The notes: a model not told the origin generated them from the sequence alone. 64,000 bases of DNA from Parachlamydiales bacterium (GCA_963765145.1 CAVXVG010000024.1:12609-76608); one strand, 5' to 3'; positions 28,701 to 37,917 are shown, numbered from the stretch's first letter. Translations and numbers: made by a program.

Positions 28701-30486
28701 CAATACTTAAACCCCTGCTAGTCGCTAAATAGGCGTAGTCTCCTTGAATAAACAGATCTGTCACTATATTATTTAAATAAAAAGTGCTTGATAACTGCGG
28801 GGCAGACGACTTAAATGACAACCAATTAGGAAGAGAGGAATTATTTGCTGTTTGTGCGGAAATTAAAAGATTCCCATCCGGGTTAGAAGCGTCTTGGAAG
28901 GTCTCCAGGACATCTATCTCTAAATTTAAAGATTGCCCGCTGTTTAGGTCTTCTGTAATCAATGGATTCAATACAGAAACATCTCTTTTTTGAATCCTAT
29001 GTCTGGTGAATCTTGAAGTCGCATTTTGATCTAGCCGGGTTTCCTCGACACTATGAATGTCACTGACCGGATAGGCGTCAGCTCCACGGATTAATGACAA
29101 AAATGCACTTCCTAATGCATGCAAAGACGCATGCTCTTTATGGCCTGTTGCCAAACTTGCCAAGTAGGCTGTTGCTGCATTGATCACAACCGGTTGTGCA
29201 TGATATCGGCTCAAGATCCCTTCAACAAACCCTTCTTTAGGAGCTGCAGGAGCCTCTATAGAGTGCAATCTCACGATAGGAAGATCTTTAAACTCTTTTT
29301 GATCTATTAAAACAAATTCATCGCCTTGTTGATGATATGTCGCTTTTTGTACAAAACTTGAACCATCATCAAAATGTTCCCTCTTTGTCAAAGTCATCCG
29401 AGCATCACTTTTTACAGTGGTAAACTCAAATTTCCTCTCTTGGTCTTCTACAAGTCGGCTGTAGGTGTCGCTCTGATCATCAAAGTGGAATTTATCCGTG
29501 AAAGAGGTCCCCTCATACTCATAACTTCGGGAAAAACCTCGACTTTGCCACTGAACATTTCTTAGTTGATCGGCAATATCTCCCATCCCGTTTTCTGCAC
29601 GCACTTCTGCAAGTTCGATGACCTTTGCCTGGAGAGAGGGGCTTCTTGCCATCTCAATCAGCTCATCTGTGCTTAGAAAATTATCCTGAACAAGTTGCAG
29701 AGCCCTTTTTTGTTCCAATTCAGCCAGCTGATGACTCTGTCCCCAAGAAGCTAATAAAGGACCTGACAAGCTTAGATAGCCTATGAAAAGGCCTCCAAAA
29801 AAACGCCATTTCTCATCGTTAACTTCTTCTTGGGGTGTTTGTGCGAATTGATAATATCTCTTCAGGTAGAGGTCTGCCTTTTGATGAGCATGATCGCCTT
29901 TAAAGACTCGCTCGGAATCATCTGGCAAGTTCAAGACAACATTTCCCTGTTGTTCTCTCAGCATTCCCTGTAAATTCAAATCCTTTTTTAGGTCTTCAAA
30001 CTTTTCCCCTTTCCAACGTCTGCCGATTTTCCCATACTCGATCATCTCCATCTGAGAGATTTTTTTGACTAGATACTCAGATACCGCAGCTTCCCAAAGC
30101 TTTCTGCTGTCCCGGCTTTTCCCCTCTTGAATAACCACAGGGTGCATCTTCTCATTGATTGCACGAAAAGCAAATCGCCCTTGTTTGTTCTTGAGGAGCT
30201 CTAAAATCGTATAACTCTCTTTTGTAGAGGCAAGGGCATTTCCCTCTTTTTTCAGTTGTGTGATGACTTCACTCACCGATTTTGGTTTTAAATCGGGCAG
30301 CAAACTGCAAAGCGCCCTTGTTGACCCATCTAAAACATCAAAAAATGCACCAAAAACAGCATCAAAAATAGCACCGGAACTACTTAACAAATTCGGAATC
30401 GAAGAATCGTTGTTATTATTTCTTAAAGCATTGGAAGTGAAAAAATTAACAGACATATTCAATACCGTTTGAAATTGGGCAGACAT
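25714..30486 (-). CDS. Large membrane protein with LVIVD-like repeats and multiple putative Ig (He_PIG/dystroglycan-type cadherin) domains
   Basis: GDYAYL..IVNIS....P repeats; LP.WL.FD...RTFSG.P repeats; TM near the C-terminus. Confidence 0.85.
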   Translation of the reverse strand: MSAQFQTVLNMSVNFFTSNALRNNNNDSSIPNLLSSSGAIFDAVFGAFFDVLDGSTRALCSLLPDLKPKSVSEVITQLKKEGNALASTKESYTILELLKNKQGRFAFRAINEKMHPVVIQEGKSRDSRKLWEAAVSEYLVKKISQMEMIEYGKIGRRWKGEKFEDLKKDLNLQGMLREQQGNVVLNLPDDSERVFKGDHAHQKADLYLKRYYQFAQTPQEEVNDEKWRFFGGLFIGYLSLSGPLLASWGQSHQLAELEQKRALQLVQDNFLSTDELIEMARSPSLQAKVIELAEVRAENGMGDIADQLRNVQWQSRGFSRSYEYEGTSFTDKFHFDDQSDTYSRLVEDQERKFEFTTVKSDARMTLTKREHFDDGSSFVQKATYHQQGDEFVLIDQKEFKDLPIVRLHSIEAPAAPKEGFVEGILSRYHAQPVVINAATAYLASLATGHKEHASLHALGSAFLSLIRGADAYPVSDIHSVEETRLDQNATSRFTRHRIQKRDVSVLNPLITEDLNSGQSLNLEIDVLETFQDASNPDGNLLISAQTANNSSLPNWLSFKSSAPQLSSTFYLNNIVTDLFIQGDYAYLATSRGLSIVNISIDSQPILVSELNSLGNCIYIKVAGDYAYLGSSTFTSVDISDPANPKIMSRNSINANDLEIQGDYAFLVGGGLVGSDDIKIFDISNPSNMQQVAGIYQGLSSPLIKVDGNYIYLTGHSNNAQLLFIYDITNPKNPTLKSSLTTQLDVPLDIDVNGDYACIAQTYNGLLLINISNKNNPFIEGVPLRSLQLTAVSILGNLVYAYDKNTIRVINLNSPSNPVVEAASANILSDGTNVKLDLKGNTLFVAERASGYKSVDVAKRVLSGRPSSSDRGLQLLDVVAKDSGGHEAVAKLPINVGSIAVNSIPKQTVYVGSSLLFTLDPNTFDYPNSPFTYTATLIGGMSLPDWLQFDPLTLTFHGTPFSGDQNVYQIQVKADNGYGKTVTASFNIEVPDRPPLLENPLGNQTAYTGQFFEYAFPADTFVDLDLDTISYRARLVGSEVLPGWLALDSALRRFYGTPFGFANYQIELIAEDGYGGKATAQFSITVPNSPPIVLNPIDSKLASVGIEFRATINTNTFYDVDGQTLSLSASSSSGPLPNWLSFDPATRTFSGLPTMGGTLAVVVTAVDPFGEKVSTRFDITVLSSSNNNPPLVNREIPDQKVNAGEYFSYTFSANTFTDPDGSDDLLRYEVALESGDPIPAWMLFDSATRTFSGTPPEPQSLRISVRAYDPLGAFAIDTFSFAVVDSTNYPPIVLNPLLDGVAEVDKPFVYPIPANTFFDANGDELEISVYLAGGLPLPGWLRWDPVKKDLSGTPDWFDTDAFASRTYKIEVFARDGTGSAKTTFDLFVTGESFWAFFLKTSLTVGSVGISLFGAIQKRHLIWNYFLTKKYRKATERTVVNERYERAITIDEARIKEVRAFQNNHPLAQGELLPKGLSYTDNRLEGTPTKPGKYTIRFIGKDGRYLEEFVLMIKESADAPDPLDPQSDDLIAKCRNCLPSLSPRPTEDSDQEEELSTGRFERWFGKIQFPNSFPLRSHRQSELNEGLLSSDV

Positions 30487-30707
30487 TATACGAGATTTTT
30501 AATCGCTTAGCAAATTGTCGAACTTTGAAGGATTTAGAGATGGTCTCTGCGTGGCCTATCGACTTTTGTATCACAGCAATACTCGATTGAGCTTATCCTG
30601 CCTATCTTCCTGTTCTCCTAACGTTACAACAAAAAATTGTTAGATTTTTGCAACAAGGCCGTGATTTGGTATAAGTTTGAAGGAAACTTAATCCGGTCTT
30701 TCTACTG

Positions 30708-32342
30708 ATGTCAAATCGTTCAACTCTCCTTCCTCCTGTAACCCTTTCTTTGGTTCCTACACCAGCCTCTTCGTTGATTTTGAGGCAAAGTCCTTCGCAA
30801 ACGACAGAAAAGTCCAAATGGATTTTTGTAAAGGTTTGCGGTAGTTGCAACAAGGAAAGCCCTAGCTTTAATTGCTCCCGTTGTAAGGAGATTAGTTATT
30901 GTAATGAGAAGTGCCAAAGCGCAGCGTGGAAAACGCATAAAGAATTTTGCCTCCCGCATGGCATTTCAAACCCTTTTGGAGGGAGTCGAGCTGACCTTAA
31001 AAAATTGGTGGCTCCACCACCTCATGATGATGAGTTCGTTTGCCAGTTCAAAGATGAAAATGGGGTTATTTCCCTTTTGACGCAAAAGGAGTTCAAGGAA
31101 ATGACAGGGAAGAATTACGCGCGTCATTTTAGTGCATCTGTCCCAAGCATTATAGCATGGCAGAAGATGGCCCCTGCTCCTATTCCTCAGTACCGAGATG
31201 AGCTTCAGCGCCTACTTATGCCCACGGATGAAGAGATCAAAGCGTTTCATGCAAGGGGCCCCTCAATACTTAGGCTAAAAAACGAACCCTCCATGGGGGG
31301 ATTTGGGGTAGTTGCGGGCGAAAAGATTCCGAGAAGGTCGGTCTTTTGTTACTATTCCGGTGAGATAAAATATCCTTCAAGTTCGGGGAAAAAAGATTAC
31401 GCAACATCTATGTACGCTATGGATCCTGTCGATGCATCAAAAGATGCAGGATTAATAGCTTTTGCCAACGACGGTCCTCCAAATTTCGTCTTTGCGTCGA
31501 TCCCTAACTGCAAGGGGGTCCCTGAGGCTATTGTTGCTTTTGCCATCAAAGACATTGAAGAAGGGGAACAATTATGGACTCAATATGGAGGGGGACATCC
31601 GTTGACGTCTGAGGTTTATCGCATTGCTCCTGAAAAATTCGAAGAATTAAAACAACATTGCTCAACCGGAAAATTTTATGAGAAATTTTCCACGGCGGAG
31701 GATCTTCTCCTCTTTTTATACATATATGGAACAAGAAGTGTTTTTTTTCGCCTGCATCTAGAAAAGGCGTTAAATACTCAACAAACAAGGGATTTACTTC
31801 CCCATAGAATCCCTCAAGAACGGACACAAGATTTGATTGAACTCAGCTTAATATTAAGGGCAACAGAACACATTTTATCCTTTAACGATAGTCGGTTGAC
31901 TAAAGAGGTTCTTATGTTTTCAACAATGTTTAGAACGTCAACGTTTATCAAATTGTTATCTCTTCTTGGAAAGGAAAAAAAATTAACAGCCCATAAAATG
32001 GAAGCATATAAACGTCTTGGAGATATCCTGAATAAGCTTTATCTTTTTACCTATCAAAAACATTATGGCAGCCCTATAACTCTGAAGGGAGATGAAATAA
32101 AACAACAATTCTCAACATTGCCTACCTATTTAAAAGAAGCGTTCCCTGGCCTTATATCTTCCTTTATTAGGGAGTGTATCAAAGAGAATTTAGTTGAAGA
32201 AAGAGATAGGCTCTATTTGCTATCTGTTGAACTTTTCGGTGAAGAGGGTAGCAGGAAAAATGTAGTTAAAGAAACGGAGGAGATGCTCCATTCGATACTT
32301 ACTCTACTTAGTTCCCAGGGAGTTACAACGAAAGAGGCTTGA
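30708..32342 (+). CDS. MYND zinc finger + SET domain protein (eukaryote-like effector)
   Basis: CGSC..CSRC..YCNEKCQSAAWKTHKEFC; GFGVVAGEKI..YYSGEI..FANDGPPN..AIKDIEEGEQLWTQYG. Confidence 0.85.
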   Translation: MSNRSTLLPPVTLSLVPTPASSLILRQSPSQTTEKSKWIFVKVCGSCNKESPSFNCSRCKEISYCNEKCQSAAWKTHKEFCLPHGISNPFGGSRADLKKLVAPPPHDDEFVCQFKDENGVISLLTQKEFKEMTGKNYARHFSASVPSIIAWQKMAPAPIPQYRDELQRLLMPTDEEIKAFHARGPSILRLKNEPSMGGFGVVAGEKIPRRSVFCYYSGEIKYPSSSGKKDYATSMYAMDPVDASKDAGLIAFANDGPPNFVFASIPNCKGVPEAIVAFAIKDIEEGEQLWTQYGGGHPLTSEVYRIAPEKFEELKQHCSTGKFYEKFSTAEDLLLFLYIYGTRSVFFRLHLEKALNTQQTRDLLPHRIPQERTQDLIELSLILRATEHILSFNDSRLTKEVLMFSTMFRTSTFIKLLSLLGKEKKLTAHKMEAYKRLGDILNKLYLFTYQKHYGSPITLKGDEIKQQFSTLPTYLKEAFPGLISSFIRECIKENLVEERDRLYLLSVELFGEEGSRKNVVKETEEMLHSILTLLSSQGVTTKEA

Positions 32343-32354
32343 TCAAATAAACGC

Positions 32355-32439
32355 GATCACTTTCATGAAGCCATAACGTCTTGCGCTTCGAGGCAGAGAA
32401 ACTCCCTCTTGATTCGTATTTAAGACCCAGGAATTAAGG
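32355..32439 (+). repeat. ~57-bp direct repeat (with 34003-34058) running into another copy of the nuoA motif
   Basis: GATCACTTTCATGAAGCCATAACGTCTTGCGCTT..AGAGAAACTCCCTCTTG; 32399-32420 identical to 20669-20690. Confidence 0.9.
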
Positions 32440-33864
32440 GGTTAGCATTTGACCGAATGGGACGATGTCTGCAAAAAAACCCTCAGCTATAATCTCTTCA
32501 TCTACGCCATTTACATGGATTAATATAGGACGAATAGAGATTCCTCCTCGTACATCAAGGTTGGAAATTTTTTGTTCTACTTCTTTGATGATGCCTATTT
32601 GGATTGGGTGTTTCGAAAATTTAATTTCGCACACATAAAGTGTGTTGTACTTCGTCTGGATCATGTAATCAATTTGGCAGCCGGATTTATGTTTTGTTGC
32701 CTTCTGAAAATAAGGACCATCACATAAAATTTCACTTGGATGGATGTGAAGAAGGTCATAAAGGACATTGCGATTCTGTATGACAAGGTTTTCAAATTGA
32801 AGGCCCACCACTGTTTCCCAGTTTGAGCTCAACCCGATTGGGCGGTCTTGAAATGATCCTCGCAAAATACTTTCTTTGTTTGGCGCAATGTATTTTAGAT
32901 AAAAACGAATGTAATTGTCGGAAATGGTGAGTTGGCTCAGCTTGGAACTTTTTGCTTTTTTTAAGCTCCATGTGTGAGATTTTTTGAGAAAGCCAGCTGC
33001 TATCAGATCGTTGAGGTATTGGCTGATTGAGCCACCCTTGGTCACTGAGAGCCCTTCGCAAATTTCTTCAAGAGTTGCATGTGGGCTTGAGCTTAAATAT
33101 TCTAATATCTTCCGATAAGTCTCGTTCTTTCTGGAGAATAAATCGTGAAAAATTTGATCAAATTCACGGAATAGAAGCCCTTCAGGAGTAAAACAGAGTT
33201 GGCGAATGAGTTCTTCAGCATTGATACCGGGAATGATATTCTCCAGGTAGCGGGGAACGCCACCTGTTACAGACAATATTTTGAACTTCTCATAGGCAGA
33301 AATATTTTTCATCTGTTTACCCCAGAACTGACTGCATTCGGAAAGGCTTAGCTCTCCCAAAGAAATGACCAGGTCGATTCTTCCAACAAAACCGGTGCTG
33401 CTTAATATGTTTTTATCTATCCATGAAGAAACAGAACCGCAAACGATTAAAATGAGCTGCGGATTTTTTTTAAAATATTGGTCCCAAGCAGTTTTTAATT
33501 TTCCAAGGAAAGTGGGGTCTTTCATGCCCATCCAAGAAATTTCGTCCAATGAGATGATGACCTGACCTTTTTGAGTATGATGAGCCAAGTGCCAAAAAAG
33601 ATCTCCCCAGTCTTTACAGTAAGGTGTGGGTATACGGAAAATTCGCCCAAGTTGACGGGCAAATTCATCTCGCTGATCCTGAGCTTTTATTTTGGGATTT
33701 GGGGGTAGGCCGGAAAAAAAGACAAAATTGATATTTTCTGCAAATTTTTCTATGAGTCGGCTTTTGCCAATACGGCGTCGACCTTTGATGACCACAAAGC
33801 TGGCTATGTTTTTTTTCCACAATCCATTCAAGCTTTCTAGTTCTTTTTTGCGGCCTACAAACAT
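32434..33864 (-). CDS. Archaeal-type AAA ATPase with C-terminal PD-(D/E)XK-like (DUF234-type) domain
   Basis: MFVGRKKEL, GRRRIGKS, LDEISW, TGGVPRYL, QIDY..VCEIKF. Confidence 0.88.
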   Translation of the reverse strand: MFVGRKKELESLNGLWKKNIASFVVIKGRRRIGKSRLIEKFAENINFVFFSGLPPNPKIKAQDQRDEFARQLGRIFRIPTPYCKDWGDLFWHLAHHTQKGQVIISLDEISWMGMKDPTFLGKLKTAWDQYFKKNPQLILIVCGSVSSWIDKNILSSTGFVGRIDLVISLGELSLSECSQFWGKQMKNISAYEKFKILSVTGGVPRYLENIIPGINAEELIRQLCFTPEGLLFREFDQIFHDLFSRKNETYRKILEYLSSSPHATLEEICEGLSVTKGGSISQYLNDLIAAGFLKKSHTWSLKKAKSSKLSQLTISDNYIRFYLKYIAPNKESILRGSFQDRPIGLSSNWETVVGLQFENLVIQNRNVLYDLLHIHPSEILCDGPYFQKATKHKSGCQIDYMIQTKYNTLYVCEIKFSKHPIQIGIIKEVEQKISNLDVRGGISIRPILIHVNGVDEEIIAEGFFADIVPFGQMLTP

Positions 33865-34002
33865 AAAGTCACCTCTTATTACCTTTCACAAAATATCATT
33901 TTTATTATTTTGGTGCAAGATGACATAGTCGTACGTCTATCACCAAATATAACTTTTGTCTTTTTTGTGAAAGATTGTAGGCCCGTGCATCTATCCCCAA
34001 CT

Positions 34003-34058
34003 GATCACTTTCATGAAGCCATAACGTCTTGCGCTTGAGCCAGAGAAACTCCCTCTTG
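34003..34058 (+). repeat. Second copy of the ~57-bp direct repeat bracketing the ATPase gene
   Basis: Near identical to 32355-32411. Confidence 0.9.
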
Positions 34059-34206
34059 GATCTTCTCTTTTTTGGGATCAATTTTAGGAGGAGAGTCAAA
34101 AGGCTCTTGTAGACGAATATTGCGGCCATTCCTTCTGAGCGGTTAGGTAATGCATGGAAAAAATTTAGATTAAGGTCTTTTAATCATAAGAGAAACCACC
34201 CCCACC

Positions 34207-35898
34207 CTACACCCACCTAGGGAGAAGGTCCGAAATCTGTTCAGGCGTAAACTTTCCATCCCAGCCCATACTGGTGATGTATAACTCGACCGAAAGACGT
34301 AAGTCCAAAATTTTTTCTGATGCATTTCGAATCACCCGAAGATGACAGAATAAAGCGATCCAATGAGCCATTGTTTGAAATGGAAGCTCGGATAAACTTT
34401 CTTGAGTTAATTTTTTTAATTTAGCCTTTTCTCTTTCGTAAAATTTAGGGAAAAATGGAAGATCAGCTGGAAACTCTATCCACTCGGGATCATAGATGGC
34501 TGGAAGATCAACCCCATTAAAAGAAGTAACAAATGTTGCGCCCTCTTCAATCGACAAAGGTGTTTCCTGGTCGATATCCTCTAATCGCCTTAAAAATACA
34601 TCCAAGGTCTGTTTAGTAAGTTCTAGATTATTTGAAAATCCAAGAGAGAGAAATTCAAAGATTTGTTCCTTCGTAAAATCCTCGTTATGAATGAGCGCCC
34701 ATCTCGTCAAACCTTCAAATCCATTTTTAAGACGGCTCACAAAGCTCCACCTCTTGCCCATTTTTTTTAAGGAAGAGGTCACATCCGACAAAATCTGAAC
34801 AGTTAAAGAATCAGGTTCGCTAGCTATTTTGTCTAGTACGCAGCCGACTATAACTACAACGGCTGCTATAGTTGGCCCATCAAAATCGATTATTTTACTA
34901 AGCGCATGCAGCAGTTCAAGGCTCTCATCAAAAGAAAATAACCGTTTAACGTCATCGTTGTGAAGAACATGATTTAGTACAAGATAACGATTGAAAAAGT
35001 TCACTAAGAAATTTTTTGTACAGCAGGAACGACTCCAGATTTCTCTATATTTCCAATTTTGTCTTGCAAGAAAGAGAATAACCTTCCTCTGAAAAGAGGG
35101 GCTGAGACTTTCCTGAATCATTGCCATATGATCCAGTATGTGAACGCTTATTTCTCTATACTTCTTTTCAGTAAATGGGGTATTGAGCTCTGCCAAATGC
35201 TTTAAAACATTAAAATAGAATTCAGCACGCACTTCATAGTCATCGTCCTCTTTGAGGCTAAGTAAAGGGGTCATGTTATTAATTGCAGACATCCAATTAT
35301 CATAAGGATGATTCGACCTTGTCAGAAAAGTGGCTATTTTACTCCACAACTTTGGATCTCTCTGACGAGAGGAGTCAATATATCGGGCAAGTTCATTACA
35401 GGTCCCTCCCCATTTGACGTTTTCATTTTCCCAAGGTAACGCTTGAGTTGGTGCTGCAAAATATTTTCGAATGACCCTCTGAGCCAATATTCGCAACTCT
35501 TTGTTTACTTTAAGACACTTTAAAAGATCGGAGGGAGATAAGAATTGAAGAATGTTTTCCCACACTTCTAAAGGAAAAGTGTCAGGAGGAACTCTTTCTT
35601 TTGGCACTAGAGCATTTGAAGGCTCAAGGTTTGTAATGGGTAGATCACTAGAGGGCAAAACCGGAGGCTCAGGCTGTGTTGTCTTACAGCTAATACATAA
35701 AGGATACAACCATGCGATCAAGGAGGCGGTTATTGCGCAAGGCGCTACGCTTTTAGCAGAAAACACAAACAACGCGAATGTTGAAGTTGCAGCAATCGAT
35801 GCAATGGCAAGTTTCGAGATTCTTTCCAAACATGGATCTAATCCAGGCCGATATAAAGCCTGCTCAACTGTAGGTAATTTTAAACCGAATATCTGCAT
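34207..35898 (-). CDS. F-box domain protein with N-terminal bilobed hydrophobic segment
   Basis: DTFPLEVWENILQFLSPSDLLKCLKVNKELRILA F-box; hydrophobic residues ~30-68. Confidence 0.8.
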   Translation of the reverse strand: MQIFGLKLPTVEQALYRPGLDPCLERISKLAIASIAATSTFALFVFSAKSVAPCAITASLIAWLYPLCISCKTTQPEPPVLPSSDLPITNLEPSNALVPKERVPPDTFPLEVWENILQFLSPSDLLKCLKVNKELRILAQRVIRKYFAAPTQALPWENENVKWGGTCNELARYIDSSRQRDPKLWSKIATFLTRSNHPYDNWMSAINNMTPLLSLKEDDDYEVRAEFYFNVLKHLAELNTPFTEKKYREISVHILDHMAMIQESLSPSFQRKVILFLARQNWKYREIWSRSCCTKNFLVNFFNRYLVLNHVLHNDDVKRLFSFDESLELLHALSKIIDFDGPTIAAVVVIVGCVLDKIASEPDSLTVQILSDVTSSLKKMGKRWSFVSRLKNGFEGLTRWALIHNEDFTKEQIFEFLSLGFSNNLELTKQTLDVFLRRLEDIDQETPLSIEEGATFVTSFNGVDLPAIYDPEWIEFPADLPFFPKFYEREKAKLKKLTQESLSELPFQTMAHWIALFCHLRVIRNASEKILDLRLSVELYITSMGWDGKFTPEQISDLLPRWV

Positions 35899-36264
35899 AA
35901 ACCACTAATTTAAATAAATATTATACAAAAAATTCAATTACTCAACAAGATGCTTGAGGGAAAAAGGTTTTTAATTAAAATTGAGGAGATAGTTAAGAGC
36001 AAGTGACTTGGTCCCAACGGATCATCTGATTTCCGGCAATATCCTCTTTAGCTTTAAATTTGTCTAAATTTTCATAGGCGGAAGCAGGCATGGCTCCTTC
36101 AAGGTGGGGGGGGAGGGTCGTAACATTGCTAATTGTGAGAGATTCTCCTTCATGAAGCTTTTAGCTCTGAAAGAAGGTTCAGAAAATTCTCACATCGCGT
36201 TAATAATTAACTGAATACGAAAATTAATCGACAGATCGATTAATTTTTTGTTTTTTTAATCGAC

Positions 36265-36575
36265 AGAATGCTGTCTATTTAGAATTAAGGCGCAGGGGCA
36301 AACAAGCATTCTATTATAAACAAGCGCAAGAAGTCGACTTTGTAATCACAGAATTGGGAAAACCTTTAGATGCAATACAAGTGTGTTACTCCGATCTTGA
36401 GGACCAAGAAACGCGTAATCGCGAGATCAATGCTCTGCTAGAATGTTTGCAGGTTCTAAAACTTCCATCGGGAAAAATCTTAACGCTTTCTTTGGAAGAT
36501 GTTCTCTTTAAGGAGGGGAAAACGATTCATCTCATCCCTCTCTATCAATGGCTGAATTCAACCGCTCAACTTTGA
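36265..36575 (+). pseudogene. C-terminal remnant of a DUF4143-type AAA ATPase
   Basis: ENAVYLELRRRG..EVDFVI..AIQVCY...TRNREINAL..IHLIPLYQWL; N-terminus missing. Confidence 0.7.
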
Positions 36576-36588
36576 GTAACTTTATTCT

Positions 36589-36627
36589 CTCTTGATTCGT
36601 ATTCGGGAATCGTGAATAAAAGAATTT
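36589..36627 (+). promoter_or_regulatory. nuoF upstream motif, homologous to the nuoA upstream motif
   Basis: CTCTTGATTCGTATTCGGGAATCGTGAATAAAAGAATTT. Confidence 0.6.
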
Positions 36628-36645
36628 CTTGGGGGTTTGTAAAAC

Positions 36646-37917
36646 ATGGGTGAGATGCGGGTTTTGATGGCTCATGTGGATGATCCTGATCAGATCAAGA
36701 TCGACACCTACCTCAAAAACGGGGGGTATCAGGCGATAAAAAAAGAGATAGCCCCTGCAGATCTTGTCGAAATGGTGAAGCAGTCGGGATTGAGAGGACG
36801 GGGAGGAGCCGGTTTTGTCACGGGAGCCAAGTGGGGCTTTATTCCAAAAGAGGCAAAAGTTCGTTATTTGGTCTGCAACGCTGATGAAAGCGAGCCGGGG
36901 ACATTTAAAGATCGGTTGTTGATGGAGCGCGATCCTCACCAGTTGATTGAAGGGATCATCTTGGCTTGTAGGGCGATTGAGTCAAAACATGCATTTATCT
37001 ATTGCCGCGGCGAATATTTCAAGGCGCTTAAAATTCTTAATAAAGCTGTAGAAGAGGCAAAAGAGAAAGGCTTTTTGGGAGACTTGCAGATTGTGGTCCA
37101 CCCGGGAGCCGGAGCTTACATTGCCGGTGAAGAAACGGCGCAACTCAATTCGTTGGAAGGATACCGTGCTACACCCCGTTTAAAACCCCCTTTCCCTGCA
37201 GTAAAAGGGTTGTATGGTCAACCAACTGTGATCAACAATGTAGAAACTTTGTGTAATGTGGTGCACATTGTTAATCGAGGAGCCGAATGGTTCCAAAGCA
37301 TCGGCAAACCCAAAAATACAGGGACTAAAATCTTTCAGGTCAGTGGGCAGATTGCAAAGCCCGGTTGTTATGAATTTCCCCTTGGGGTCTCCTTAAGGGA
37401 AGTTTTGGATACGGCAGGAGGAATGTTGCCCGGCCGCACCTTTAAAGCTTGCTATCCAGGTGGCTCTTCCTGTTCGTTACTAACAGCAAAAGATATCGAT
37501 ATTGCGATGGATTTTGAGACTTTGGCAGCTCGAAAATCGGCTTTAGGAACTGCCTCAATCATTGTGATGGATGACACCGCCAATATGGTGAAAGTGGCCC
37601 ATCGGTTGATGGAATTCTATCAAAATGAATCGTGTGGTAAATGTACTCCTTGCCGCGAGGGAACCCGTTGGGTCGTTCAAATTTTGGCCCGGATTGAGGC
37701 AGGAGGGGGCACTTACGACGATTTAAAAACGATCGATCGGGTGTGCAAAAGTATGGCAGAGACCTCTTTTTGCCCATTAGCTGTGGGGGCAGCGCCGCCC
37801 ATTGTCAGCGCTGTGGAAGAGTTTAGAGATGAATTTGAAGCTGAAATCAAAAGAAATCCCGATGCCCATCAACTGCCGCCCATGAAAGTGGCTTACCCTT
37901 ACTTGAGGGTGCTATGA
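36646..37917 (+). CDS. nuoF: NADH-quinone oxidoreductase subunit F
   Basis: SGLRGRGGAGF, NADESEPGTFKDR, ESCGKCTPCREG. Confidence 0.96.
   Translation: MGEMRVLMAHVDDPDQIKIDTYLKNGGYQAIKKEIAPADLVEMVKQSGLRGRGGAGFVTGAKWGFIPKEAKVRYLVCNADESEPGTFKDRLLMERDPHQLIEGIILACRAIESKHAFIYCRGEYFKALKILNKAVEEAKEKGFLGDLQIVVHPGAGAYIAGEETAQLNSLEGYRATPRLKPPFPAVKGLYGQPTVINNVETLCNVVHIVNRGAEWFQSIGKPKNTGTKIFQVSGQIAKPGCYEFPLGVSLREVLDTAGGMLPGRTFKACYPGGSSCSLLTAKDIDIAMDFETLAARKSALGTASIIVMDDTANMVKVAHRLMEFYQNESCGKCTPCREGTRWVVQILARIEAGGGTYDDLKTIDRVCKSMAETSFCPLAVGAAPPIVSAVEEFRDEFEAEIKRNPDAHQLPPMKVAYPYLRVL

Larger units (their letters stand above)
23600..36588. mobile_element. ~13-kb accessory island splitting nuoE from nuoF (no integrase seen)
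   Basis: Interrupts the canonical nuo order; carries a TA pair, Bro remnant, effectors and ATPases; recurring junction motif. Confidence 0.75.

Noticed and set aside
35990..36200. Possible decayed LRR-like gene fragment on the minus strand
   Set aside because: Broken by stops and shifts with only a weak motif.
23600..36588. Prophage or ICE
   Set aside because: Only a Bro fragment; no integrase, structural or conjugation genes.
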